A program made the translations under genes and the position numbers. Of a DNA stretch of 64,000 nucleotides, positions 37,701 through 51,325 are shown in pieces; within the stretch, counting starts at the first letter, position 1; the number at the start of each line of letters is the position of its first letter. The notes under the pieces are model-generated. The model was not told where the DNA came from, did no database searches, and worked only from the letters and a program-made list of their open reading frames with translations. The stretch covers positions 1 to 64,000 of the forward strand of contig NW_026856302.1 of the NCBI RefSeq assembly GCF_026571515.1, given 5' to 3'. The stretch comes from Ruditapes philippinarum (lineage: Eukaryota).

Positions 37701-40700
37701 CAAATTTAAGGAGTAAAGTGATAAAACTACGAGTCTTTTCTTGAAATAACAAAAAAAAAAATGGAATCATAAAATCATATATATTATGTCATTTTACTAT
37801 TGGTAGTTTACTTAAGCATAATAAACATCCCTTGTGATTAATTTATATTGTCTATATTGCATCTAAATTCATTTTATTTCGCTCAACCTATTGTTTCAAC
37901 AGCCTAAAATGTTGTTTATTCGGACTTCGAAATATTTTACTAAGTTCGAAATTGAAAGCTCAATTGTGACTGCTGTATGAACACATTAGTGGTTGTTTCT
38001 TAACTCAAAATTTTAACATATAAATATGACATAATCTGCATAACCCGGCGCTCCAGGGTGTGGTCGGTAACTTGTTTTAAACATTACCGTCCATGAATAG
38101 ACTCAGTCAAATCAAGCTTGCAACCTATCAATGTATAAGTTTTGTGACCTGCGTAATTGCCTCTTGAATATTTTAATATGGGTCATTGACAAAAATGTTT
38201 TGTTTTAAGAGATTCATATCAACTGCCTTTTTATCTATTGATAATGGTTACTAATGCTTACAATTTCCAATTAGTAATAACTAAAGTTCTTTACAAGTTT
38301 CCTTTTCTAACTATCTTTACACTGGATCATACTAGGTAATGGTTATGGCCAATGTTGTGTAAACAATCAACTGCTTCCGTAACTTGTACCCCACAATTTT
38401 GAATTGAACCTTCTACGACTGTTGTAATAATTTGCAAAAAAACTATAAATTGTAAATTAGCCGTAGTTAATATTTAAATATCGAACTATCTCTTTATATA
38501 CAGAACAGTCATCGCTTAAAAAAAATCTAAGCTAGCTAGCTTCACGTCTGGGTATCCATATAGTTATAAAATGTATATCATTCGAATCACAAGCGTCATA
38601 AATTTCTCAACAAATTGTATTTATCATTATTGAAGCTATCCTTATTAGATAAACTTAAAATTCATATTTTCTGTGTAAAGAACTACATTTTTTGCAAGAT
38701 TTTTAAATTGCTTCTCAACACTATTATCTAGGCAAAAAATGTAGTTCATTTAAAAGCTTTCATGCTATCCGTAACATACACATTCCACTTTACACTGCTA
38801 TAAAACACTTTACTAGATACCTGGTTCTTCGACAGACAATTTTCCACAATAAACTTTAAGAGGAATTATTTGTCCTACAACAGCGATTTTAATAACAATA
38901 TTAAGCGAGCAATTCTTTCTTCTGTGTTAAACATGATAATTGCAGTCAATTGTATGACCCAACCAAAATATTAATCTAGATGGAAACCGGCAACACTCGT
39001 TATTAGCAAGCAAACATCCGAATCCAGCAAAGAATTTCGTACAAAATAACCATATAGTTTTGCTTTATTGTATTCAGGATGACCTACCACTCCGTAATCT
39101 GAAAACATTGTTACTTTTATTATGAACCAAAGAGCTCCAAAATTGTTTCCGCAAATACACCGGTATGCCCAACAGTGGCTATTCCGAATTGCATTGAGTA
39201 ATATACATTTCCATTATAATGACAAAAACGTAAATATCTAGTATGTCCCGAAAAATATCTATGGGATGGTGAGCACTCTTTAAAATGAAAGAACAGGTCA
39301 AACTTTTCAGTAGTGTTTTGTCCTCAAATTGTATCTTAAACTTGTGTAAACAAGGATTAATATGTTTGAAGTCTAACATTTACCTGTGTTCAGCTATTTT
39401 ATTAATATAAGCAAAAATAATGGGTGTTTAAAACAGTGCCTCTCTGTTACCTCAGAAATTATACAAAATATTGTTATTTCCTTGCCGATGTGTTATTTTT
39501 CAAATACACTTTTGCGGTACATAACTAAACGGCTACTTGTAGCCGTCTAATAATATCCAAAATAAATAATTACATGTGTTTAAAGACTTTTTAGCTCACT
39601 TGCATAAATTTTGCTTTAACCTGCTTACTTAACTTCAGTAAACATGCAATGGCTGGATCCAGCTGTTAGCGATGCAACCTTAAACGCAATATAGGCTGGT
39701 CAAGATTACGCATCTACACGCAAATAATAACCGGTTAAGAAATATAGGCAGTATATGAATCATCATCTCCAAGGAAATAAGAATAACATAATATCTGGAT
39801 TTATTTTATTAAAGACCTATCCTCTAAAGAAAAATAATTAAACTGCATGTCATTTTATTGACACCCTAAAAAGAGAGAAACAATTTTGTTTAGGACTGAC
39901 ACATTGCTTGACGTTGGGACTATACGTAACGTTTCATGGAATAGAAACGTATTTAAGGTGCCATGACTATTTTTTTTTTACTATTAATCTTTTGAAATTG
40001 CTAGGAGACATAATTATTATCAATCACAATGGTTCTTCAAAATTGACTCTTCAAGGACATAGCTAGTGACATGTCCGGGGTCTGTACTCGACAGCAAAAA
40101 CTGCATTTTGTGCTTGACCCTCATGAAACATAAAATGTTTACTTTAAAAGTACATCTGCTGATGTTTCAAAATTTCAAGATTTTCATGTCTTCTTAAAGG
40201 TATCTGACCAAGAATAGGCACGTTTTTCTGTTTTCAATAGATTTTGATTCCTATATTACAAAAACACGATAAAAATGTTGTAAGATATTCGAATATGAAA
40301 ACAACAAAAGTAACAACAACAGCAAGATTTAAAAAGTCGTCTTTTCTGCTAGTGTCAGCCAATTTCCAACACATTTTTCAGCGATGACGTAGGAATATCT
40401 CTCCTACAACTGTTGACCAAGTTTTTATTGTAATCGCAAATTTTTTGAATAAAATTTAACATTGTTTTTGATGTTTTAACTAGGGGTGAGGACGATAGTT
40501 TGTACTTACCGTTAATTTCAATGAAAAGGGTCAATTAAACTAAGCATGCAACAATTTACTGGTAGGGCGTCCTACTTCAAAAATGTTATGATCATAAAAT
40601 ATTTTGCTTTTCATGACATTTTACAATATAGATTATTTTAAGTATTTGGATTCTTATCAATTCAAATATTACATTTCTAAACTGAAGCTTTATGCACATT

Positions 40701-41127
40701 ACGTGATTTGTTACATTCTAATATAGTAACGGAAACATTTTAATAGAAAACAATAAAAGCATCCGTTTGCCCAAAATCAATTTAATACTTGACTTTTATT
40801 TTACCTTTTACTTTGCAAATTCAATTTATTAAGTTATCTAACAAGTAGAAAAACTTACATACAAGTATCAACCTCGGTTACCAAGACAAACATTGCTGCT
40901 AGTAAAGTTATAGTATAGCAGGAGTAAAGGAGATGTACTGGCATATCAAAGGGTAGTACACATTTAATTCTGATCAAGTGTTTGTGTATAAGAAAGGTTC
41001 GCGCTTGGAGAGGCTACAATAGCTGATTATGATATAACAATTCTCTTTCTACTTAAATTGTTGATCTGTTTGTCCACACATCCAGACTGTCCCTAAACCC
41101 TGCATTTGAAATGTTTTCCATTTTCAG

Positions 41128-41552
41128 GACAGGTCTCAATCCAAACCCATATAGCGTTTACAGCAGGAGTATCGGTTGAAAATCTGCATAATTTAGGTGT
41201 TCATCAAGCTATTATATTTAATAATGTCAACACAAATATTGGCAATGCTTACCATCCACACACTGGGATTTTTAATGTCCCGGTTAAAGGCGCATATGCT
41301 ATAACGCTAACCATGGCTGTTGAACCTGACAAATTTCAATGGCTTGAGTTAGTTGTTGACGGTGGTTCAACATACTATATATCTGCTGGCCATGCGGGTG
41401 CTAGGGACTTCGCTTCTACAACACAACAATGGATCATAGATCTGCAAACCGGATCAGAAGTGTGGGTCAGGAAGATTGGTTGGTATGGCCAATCTGATCT
41501 CCACGGAAATATGAATACTATTATATCCGGCCATCTATTGTTTCAGACGTAA
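41128..41552 (+). CDS. Orphan intact gC1q terminal exon (locus 5) with no exons 1-2 of its own
   Basis: ttttcAG acceptor and an open frame to TAA. Upstream sequence (about 40870-41127) is an intron-1 fragment fused to the end of intron 2. Confidence 0.7.
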
Positions 41553-42048
41553 GAATTTCCGAAAAGTAAAGTTATCAAATTGTGATTTTTGTGTATGAAA
41601 AATATAAGCAAAATAAAATCTTTCTGATGCCGATCTGTGGTTTTATCTTACAGGAAGACGAACTTTGCAATAGACTGAAATAATTTTGACAAATTGCTTA
41701 CTGTAGCGAAAATCATTGCAATGAATTATGGCTAAATATAAGCTGATGTACTTGTATATGTGATTACGTCATAAATTTATATGATTAATTTCAAAATTAT
41801 TGTTTAACGCAATAAACCATTTTTCTTAATTCTGGTACGAAATTATGTTATTTAAAATTTATTGAACAGTATAAATTGAATGACTATTATATCTTTTTAT
41901 TTGTTATGGCCATATTAATTATAAACTGTTAACTTATATAGCTTGTTTCTTTATTTACCAGGATTAATCGGAGAATAGCAGGCCCATACTCCTGTGGTTG
42001 AATAACATTTGGCTAAGGGTTTGCCTGCAACGTTTTATTTAAAAAATG

Positions 42049-42319
42049 ACTGGGATCTTTCATGTCCCGGTCAAAGGCGCTTATGATATAACGCTAACCA
42101 TGACTGTTGAACCAGACAAACTTCAATGGCTTGAGTTAATACTATATATCTGCTGGCCAAGCGGATGCTAGGAACTACGCTTCTACAACAAAACAATGGG
42201 TCCTAGAGCTGCAAAGCGGATCAGAAGTGTGGGTAAGGAAGATTTTTGGTACTAGCCAATCTGACCTCAACGGAGATATGAATACTATAATATCTGGCTA
42301 TCTATTGTTCCAGACGTAA
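42049..42319 (+). pseudogene. 5'-truncated gC1q exon fragment (locus 6)
   Basis: Starts mid-domain at TGIFHVPVKGAY with no splice acceptor. A ~20-nt frameshifting deletion removes VVDGGST. Confidence 0.88.
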
Positions 42320-44877
42320 GAATTTTCTGGAAAGTAAAGTTATCAAATTGTGAGTTTTGTTTTGTGTGGAAAAAAATATTTCTGAAGCCAATATGTTGTT
42401 TGTGTTTATTTTCAAAAATATCATAAGACGATCGGGTCATAAGTTTTAAAAGTCTTATCATCTAAAGCGTAGATACATGTAGCATCACACCGTTGCCTGT
42501 ATAAAAGCAGAATTGTAATTTTTGTACAAATCATGTACTGTATTGATGTAATTGGTGTAAAAAGGCACTTTATTTGTAACCATAGAAATTTCATTTTTCA
42601 TTCAATTTTGTGCATTTGGAGTACTGTCATAATGTTTTTAGGTTTCTTAAAGTCCTGCTTAAATTAAAAACAAACATTATTGTTGTTTGAAGTCATTATA
42701 TATACTCGTACAAACTTACCCAAGTATCCAGGTAAATCAATAAATATATCGTTTGACGGCGAATTTGGCAATCCTGGTTCAGACATACGGTTTATTCTTG
42801 ACTCTTATGTTACATTTGAAATTTGTTGTGAGAGTTTTTCATGCAAGTTTTTCTGTTACACGAATTCACTTTTAATTAACTTAATATGTATATAGAATGA
42901 TTATTAATAGGTCGAACGCTCTATTTCAGCGATAAGTTTTGTTTTTTATGATTCTAACCGTATATGCAAATGACAGATGATCATTTTGTTTTGCTCAGTT
43001 GTGTAACATAGAAACATTATCAAAGCACTGAAAGTACTGGTTGCGGTAAGCTAGGATAATTTTATGCAAATATTTAAGTTGACAATTTGCCCTGATGCTA
43101 TTCCGAAAGTAAACATAATCAAAATATATAAAATAGCGCGTGATAGTGTAAGTTCTATCAACAACCGTCCTCTTAAAGTCATCTAAAAGTAATATACATG
43201 TTTATATGATCTGACATGCCTCTCATAAAATTCACTGAGAAGTAACGATATTAAACTTAACCTAGAAGTCCAAAGTATTCAGAAAACAGTATATTTGTGC
43301 TTTTTGGACAAACGAAGCAAAGTTTATTTAACAAAATGTCAAATATGTTATTCCCCATCCTACATTTTATTTCAACTATAATGTCAATGTCACTCTTCCT
43401 TTTTTAATTATTTCTTCGTTTTCTGCGAAAACATGGTTCTCCCCGTCCAATCGGACAATTCAATTGGTTTTATTTTATCATACATTCATCGTATATATGT
43501 AGTCTATTTCAAGGTTAAATTGTCCTCTGTCAATTATAGCCCATTGCAAACAACGTATTGTTGTTGGTTTTGTTTTACGATTAATAGAACGAAAGAGGTC
43601 GTAAGTGAGTGGCCATGAGTTTTCATTGTTTAAGAGTGTAATTTCAACACAAATGATTTATAAGCCTCGACAATCAATCTTTTGCAAGCCGACATCATTT
43701 GTGCACTTGTCTTTCACTTATAGGCTCTGATTGATATTTGAAATGAATAACACAAGTTACGTTTATCCGACAACTGTACTCAGTCTAAAAAACACACACG
43801 GCATTTGTTTTTACAAATACATTTTCATCCAGATGAAAATGCTTTATAATTGAGTCAACGTAAATATTTGGGTGTAGGGTGCACAATGCTACCTGTTACG
43901 ACAGACAATATGAACACAACTAGGTAAAGCCAAATAATAAAGTACCTTCAAATCAAACAATTGGCCCAGATCTAATTATTTGTTTCTGACAATGCGAAAA
44001 CTAAAGTCTCATTCTTTACCTTGCGAAACAACTTTTAGAGATAAACCTTTTAAAAATTTTGCAAGAAAATCAGAGAAAAATAAAAGAAAAATAACGGCTT
44101 TTTCAGTGTTGATGACATCTATTTCTGCCCGCATGATATACATCAAACGTATCGCACAGTTACATCTGTTGATCAGTTCTATGCGGAAGAATGAAGGGAG
44201 AACAAGGGAGATTGGATACACATATCGACACACGAGTTAAAGTGGACGAAAGTTTTGACATTATCGGGCGAAGTAAAACAATGTGATGCAAGCACAATTT
44301 TTTCCATAGTTATTTCTTTGTACAGATCATATAACTTAACGTATTAATTACAAAAATGTGTAGCACTTGAAAACTCTATCATCGTTGTTGAGTTGTTTGT
44401 TTAATTTTTTATCCTTAAAAACTATAATTACTGCGCAACGAATTTTTCGCTCATAATCATCGGTCGCCTCAGAATCTCAGTATAGTTAAAGCGACTGGCC
44501 ACAAAAAGAAATTGTTATATCATAACAACAAAGTTCCAAAAATTTCCTTTACCACATGTAGTAAATATTTTTATGTGTTAATTTCAGAACACAATATGTT
44601 GAAGTAAAAACACTATAGGACGTGTTTTTATGCATTTAAACTTATTTACTGAATAAGAATATCTTACGCTGATGAACTTAATTTTATCTAACGTTTCACA
44701 ATTTTTGACCTAACTCATATACATCAAAAATCTTATCAAGAAAATTGTGACAAAGCATGTGCAATTTGACATGAAAGCAGAACCTGTTTAGATTTAATAG
44801 AGGAATTATCAAAAGTAACCAGAGTTTACTTTTTTTTTATTTTTCATTTCTAAATTATTGTGAGTAAATCTTTCGAA

Positions 44878-47130
44878 ATGATTCTTTCTTACATCTTGTT
44901 TTTATGTTTAATTTCACAAGCTGTTTTTGGAGAACAATTACTCGAAAAGCAAAATTTGCAGTCAATTTTAAAAGAGTTGGATACGGTGAAACAAATACTC
45001 AAAGAAAATAGCGAAAAGTTAAAAGAGATTGATTACCTGAAAGAACGTACACTAGAATTGGAAAAGCGAACTAGAACTCTGGCATATTCGTTCATATAAA
45101 CTTTGCGTTTTATTGTGTCTCATCTGCAAGTTTAAATCGAATTTCCATAACTCTGACAATGATTATTTCTTGTAATATTTATTGCTAGATTAAATAGTGA
45201 AAAACATAATCTCTAAAGAACATCCAAAACAACAAAATTGAAAATGTTGCAGGCTCGGTTTGATTGAGCCTGTTCATGGACGGTACTGGAAAGTGCAAGA
45301 TACCATCCATGCCCCCTAGCACAGGCTTAAGCAGAATTTAACATTTAAAAATGGTTATGGCGAAATTTTGAAGTTAGAAACATTCGCAGATGTGTTCATA
45401 CGGCGGTTATCATAGAACCTTAAATGAGACACGTTAGTGTCAATGAAAATCGATGTATGGTCCCCAATTAAATGAATGCATGTGCCCTAAACGGAAAACA
45501 ATTAGCGGGAATTAAATAAAATGAAATTTTATAAGGGGATCTGAAATTATGAAGCCTGCAGATTAGCTGTCAAAAGACAAATTAAAAAAGCAGGCAAAAT
45601 ATCCTAAGGGTGATTAAACAGTATTAAAGTAAGAAATACTGAAAAAAAACCAAGTTGAAAAGGTTAGTCGCATCTACAAACAAAAAACATATGACAAACA
45701 TTTAAAAAGAAATGAAATGTCATTCATTTTTCAATAATTGTAAATCAAGAGAGCATAGTTAACCTTGTCTATTTGATCATAATTAAACAATGTTGCATGG
45801 AATGTTTGCAAATTATTAAGCACTGAATGCTTGTATTGTATATTTTTCAGGATGTCGAGAGAAAAGAAAAGTTCGAAACATCAGTCAATACAACGAATTA
45901 TGACAGCATTGCTGTCAAACCATCATCTGAAATAAACAAAGAAGCTTCATATCTCCATCATCAAAACATTATTAAATCAAGTAAATATATTACATAATTA
46001 TTTGATACTAGACCACTTTTCTAGATTCTAAACCTTTTTTTATCCGGGATGACCTGCTGTGATTACTTCAAATCAAATAACACACACTGCCACTGTTGTG
46101 GTTCCGAATTCCGACAAAAAGGTTTACTAATTTCCTGAGAGGAAACTTTCCAACTTGACTACGGATAGTCCATGATATTTAACTATTTACCTGGAGGTTT
46201 CACTGGCATATCTTGAAATTGGCTTTATCCTCTTATTTTTGAAAATGATCTCATTCTTCTAAACCTTTTTAATTTCAATTTCATTTCGACCATATATTCA
46301 CCCGATTGGGTCTTGACGTTATAATATACAATTGTGAAACAAATTGATATATATTAGCAACTTTTCGGAGGTTTTCAGATAAAATGTTGTGTATTTAAGA
46401 GAAAAATAATTTTACAAATCTGGTTTTCACACCATTTCTTATATGTTCATACAAATGATAAATGATACAACTACCAATACTTACCAATTTTAATTTGAAC
46501 ATTTGTTGAGTATATTAGATTAATTAATAAGTTAAAAATATGTTACACTATAGTAGCTGGTAATTGTATAACAAATCAATTGGATTGTCTCTAACTATAA
46601 AATCTATTGGAGAATTATGTTCACACGTTCTTACCAGTATCAAATAGCACAGGCACTTACTATCTTTCACCTTTAAATTAATTTACAGATTGTTTTCTTT
46701 TTTAAGGACAAACCTCCGTCAATTCACACATTGCGTTTACAGCAGGAGTGTCGGCTCATGATCTCCATAATTTAGGTTATCGACAAACTATCGTTTTTGA
46801 TAAGGTAATCACAAACATTGGCAATGCGTACCATGAACATACTGGGATTTTTACTGTCCCTGTTAAAGGCGCTTATGTTATAACATTAACAATGACAGTA
46901 GCACCAGAAACAGTGGAAACAATGGCTGGATTTGGTGGTTGACGGTTCTGACATAAATTTCATATCTGCCGGCCAAGGAAGTGCTCACGATTACTACAAC
47001 TAAACAATGGATTCTTGAACTAGAAACTGGCTCAGAGGTATGGGTCACGAGGGCTAAACAATCAATACATCAGGACCTCCACGGAAATATGAATACTATC
47101 ATATCTGGCTTTCTTTTATTTCATACATAA
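44878..47130 (+). pseudogene. C1qDC pseudogene (locus 7)
   Basis: Exon 1 is cut off by foreign sequence at about 45068 and has lost its donor. Exon 2 is 45851-45980. Exon 3 (46707-47130) has frameshifts near 46915 and 46996. Confidence 0.85.
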
Positions 47131-48194
47131 CGCTGTTTATGTGATGTGATGAAATTATGAGTCTTTATTTCAAAACAATAAAGAAAAATATATTTGTGTT
47201 GCTATTTTTGCTCCTTAATTTCTAGCAGATAATAATAGTCATCAGGTTTCGCAAGTTTAAATTTTGCTGCATACTTTAAACATTCGAAAAATAAATCTGA
47301 CTCGAAAATGAACCGTCATATTCTTACACTCGAAATTATCTTGAAAGATAACCGGTTTGAAATTCAACAGATTAAAAAAATTATCAGATACAACTTATGT
47401 TAAATCCCCAAAATACATTGTATACAATCAAAATGTTAAAATCTGTTTGACAGGTTTTCTCACTAATGTTTAGCCCGGGGGAAAAGCCAACACACTTTTT
47501 TGTAGCACATATTTTATGCGATTGAGCTGAAAAGGTAAACAATACGTTAGTTAAATTTGGCTTACTTTTAAAATGCGGGATTTTGTGAATAATTTGATGT
47601 TTATTTCTAAAAAGAAATACTAGTTACCCGTTAACGGTAATATATACATGTATGTTCTTTCTATTGCATATCCTTAAGAACTAACACGCCAACTACGGAG
47701 CAACTTTATTTATGTTTATTCACATTAGTGTAAGAGAACTTTATGTTTATGAAATGAATTATTGAAAATAAGACACTAATCTCATTTAAATTTAGACACA
47801 AAGTAACATGAAGAAATGTAGGAAAATAAAAAGAAATTTAGAGTTTAGTGTAATTACGTAGCATATACAAAAATATGCTGTTGATAATGACATTGTTTAA
47901 AACTAATGACATCATAAACATACTACAGGGTAATGGATTACATTTCTATGAAAGAATTTCAAAATTATTTGTTATACGGAATTTATATGAAGCTTTATAT
48001 AGTGTAACTTTTCCAAAAGAGCCATTTGACTTGATCATTGTTTCAAGTGACCTTAAACACACACTCACACACGATAATGGTGAAACAAAATGTAAAACAG
48101 TCATCATTGCAGAACATTTTAAGCAATTAAAGAAACGTTATCACTTACATTTTACCATTATAACCTTTCCATCATTTTTTGTAAATACCACAAA

Positions 48195-48432
48195 ATGATG
48201 ACACATATGTATATCATGCTTCTTTGTATCATTTCACAAACTATTTTTGGAGAACAAGAAAAGCAAAATCTGCTATAATCTTAAAAGAGTTTGATACGAT
48301 AAAATCATTACTAAAAGATTATAGTGAAAAGTTTACACGGATCGGTTATTTAAAAGAACGTACACTGGCACTGGAAAAACAGACAAACAGTTTAAACTTG
48401 AAATGATGGAAAGACGGTATACTTTGAGAGAG
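48195..48432 (+). pseudogene. Decayed C1qDC exon-1 remnant (locus 8)
   Basis: MMTHMYIMLLCIISQTIFGE..QNL* followed by YLKERTLALEKQ in another frame. No downstream exons are present. Confidence 0.8.
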
Positions 48433-48450
48433 GTTATCATTTAGTATTTG

Positions 48451-48925
48451 GCTATAGATAGAAAAATCTTGTCCGCACTTCATCTCCAAAACTGTTGGGA
48501 GGGGAAGGGGGGTTCAATGAAATTTCACCGGAGTGGCCAGTACCATCCGTCGTCGTGCATATCGCTGGCACGTTCCGCTTTCCTGTACAAATAGCCGCCA
48601 GAGCAAAAAAATATTTTCCGGCTTTCACAGGTCAAACTGATGGTGGGATTTCAACGCAACTTCAAAGTAGTGATCAGTACTAACCTTAGTTGTACTTTTC
48701 GCCGGCACGTTACGCTCCCTCGCACAAAATTGCCCATAAGGCTATATATATATAAAATCTTGTTCGGCTTTCACAAGTGTAACTGCCGTGGGATTTCAAT
48801 GAAACTTCATAAGAGTGATCAGGATCGTCCTTACTTGTGCATATCGCCCACACATTCCACATGGCTGCACAAAGTGGCCGCAATAGCTATAAACAGAGAA
48901 ATCTTGTCCTGCTTTCACAGTTCAA
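48451..48925 (+). repeat. About 3 tandem ~143-bp units typical of Helentron-type internal repeats
   Basis: gctata..aaatcttgtcc.gctttcacag..gggatttcaatgaaacttca..agtgatcag..tgtgcatatcgc is repeated. Confidence 0.7.
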
Positions 48926-48996
48926 GTTTTAAAGAACATGGAACTATTCCAACAAATTCACTTAAAATAGAGAAAAGATGAAACATTAATTATTCA

Positions 48997-51325
48997 TATT
49001 ATACCTCACTTGCATACGCCCTACTATATTTAATATGACGTCATCCGGTCCATAAACATCATACAGACCGGCTACCCAGTCCATAATTCTTATGAAGACT
49101 GTTTAAAGGCGACTTTCACTAAGTACGGATTTCACAACTGCCAGCAAAAACTGACGATAACTGTCAAAATTGCTAGAAGATTTGCATCTTTTCTGCATTT
49201 TTAGTCAAACTTAGCGAATCTAAGGATTAAAAAACCACCAAAGCCGTGACAAAGCACTCAGTGAAGCTCTTCCGAACATATCTAACCGAAAAAGGCCACG
49301 ATTCTTCCTTTGAAACCTACACGAATGGGCTTCTGAACAGTCAACTGCGTTTGTTCTACGCCGAGGTTCGAAATGCGTCTGGAGAATGATATAAGAGGAC
49401 ATCCCTGATTGCAATACGAAGTGGAATATGCAGGTAATTATATTTTCTTTATTTGTTAAATATTTTAATGTCAATTCTATAATTTTGCAATATTTTAACT
49501 TTCGGCTCCAGGCTATTTCTAAACAAGCAGAATTTGACCTCACGTTGTTGTCATAATTTTGGTAAAAAATTAGGGATTAGACAGAAAAGTCTAACACTTA
49601 ACTTAAATGACATAGCTTTGCGTATTTTGCATGCAAGGCATTTTGTGATGAAAAATATAAATAGGGTCCCAGTCATCAATGACTTCTAGATTTTTTAGTT
49701 GTCAACAGGCCCATAAGGATTTTCTTTAGCTATAAAGATTACTCAGGAAATTGGCAGTTTTAAATTGTCTCGGCCCTAAGGTAATAGATCTTAATATTTA
49801 GAGTGTGTTTTCAGATCTTGTTTATTTTATTAATAAGATTACCAATTTATCTTTGTATTTTATTTTCAGGTTCTTAAGTCAATCAAACAAACATTGACAT
49901 AACTCGTATTTTGAAGACGCCAACGACATGTTTGTTTGTATGTGTTAAGTTATCTGCAAAATAGGTAAAGGAACTGTTGATCACAAAGTGTCCATCGAGA
50001 AAGCATATTTAGAGCGTTTATACAGTTCCACGATGCTTGTCACTACCACACCATATGGACTGTTAAACAAAGTATGGTTTGAATTATGTCTGTACTGTAG
50101 GAGAGGGCCCGAAAACCAGCGCGAGCTGAAACAATCCATGTTTGATATGGCCTTAAGCCAGTGGTATGTTTGTCAGTTGGATTCAGACGCATAAAAAACA
50201 ACACCAAGTCATTAAGCACTGTGAACTTCAACGCGATCTTGTGCTCTCAGCCATGCAGGATTCATGCAGAAAGCGAGGCACATAATGACTGTGTCTTGTC
50301 ATAGAAATGAGGCCTAAGTCAAAAGTTATGGTCGTGACACAACCGTAAAAAAGAAATATCTGCAACAATCAGTAGTTTAGCACATGAACCCGCCAGTGTG
50401 CATGAGTTTTGAGTCAATTATAATGAAAACCAACAAACATCCTCTACGATAAACACTGACCTAGCGCAGTTTTCTGACCCACATCCACAACATATCTCTG
50501 CATGCCCTGTGATTGGGTCAGACCTTGTGCGAGCTGACATAGTAGCGCCACATCAAACACGTCATTCTGCCGGCCCTGTGAATAAGATCAACCATGTGCG
50601 AGCCGAAAGTTCACATCAGATACAAAACAATGCCCATGCTCATAAACAGCCGTCATTTTCCTTCCGTGGATGCAAGATCCAGTGTCATAATTATAACTAG
50701 ATGATATACACTACAGAAGTGTGGTAATTTAGACATAAATCCTACAATGAGTACTTTAATTACTGAGTGAACGAGTTTTCTTTAAACTTAGAAAATTCAG
50801 CGTATTACTCCCAGTTATTTATTTTGACTAATCTAGACTAGTGATAAAAATGTAAGAAGTCGAAGAAGATTTTTTGAACGTGTCTGTACGTATATTTTTA
50901 TTGAATTTATTGTTATGTTTCTCATATATTTATAAGATATTGATCAAAATTCAAATTAAAAGATTTGTCTTTAATGTCATCATAAAATTTATAAAATTAA
51001 TGCAGTTTGTGAATTCCTTAAAGTACGGTCTTTCTTTGCCTAGTAACATGAATTATTTAATTTGAATAACAAAAAAATGGAATATTAAAAGAAAAGCATG
51101 AATTTTTGATGAATCGCTTGAAATCCTACTAGGGTTTGAGATATTTTACACACTGAACAAGTAAAATTATTATTTGACAGCAAATTGTAGTAAAAATGAC
51201 GTATGTAAGCAGATAGATTCGGTATAAAATATATATGCGCCTCGGGTTATATACCTTCTAAGGTCTTACCAAGCAGTCCGTAAACTTGCATATTGCCCTC
51301 AAAGCCATGTTTTATTTGTTAAATA
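48997..51325 (+). mobile_element. Degenerate Crypton-type tyrosine recombinase transposon (DUF3504/KCTD1-like) with one intron
   Basis: Exon 1 (about 49170-49433) translates TTKAVTKHSVKLFRTYL..LRLFYAEVRNASGE*YKRTSLIAIRSGICR. A GT-AG intron spans 49434-49869. Exon 2 encodes GKGTVDHK..LYSS..TPYGLLNKVWFELCLYCRRGPENQREL, then ARHIMTVSCHRNEA*VKSY and an FSFRGCKI tail to 50700. There are several stops and frameshifts. Confidence 0.85.

Larger units (their letters stand above)
26684..37740 (+). repeat. Segmental duplication copy 2
   Basis: Collinear with 10096-21300 apart from different TE insertions and deletions. Confidence 0.9.

Noticed and set aside
37750-40860. Searched for the missing exons 1-2 of the orphan gC1q exon, or another gene
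   Set aside because: I found no signal-peptide/coiled-coil or linker exon by eye on either strand, only AT-rich, probably TE-derived sequence.
47875-48981. ORFs 47875-48198, 48495-48683 and 48640-48981
   Set aside because: The first lies in a copy of the non-coding spacer (about 18410-18890). The other two lie in tandem TE core repeats.
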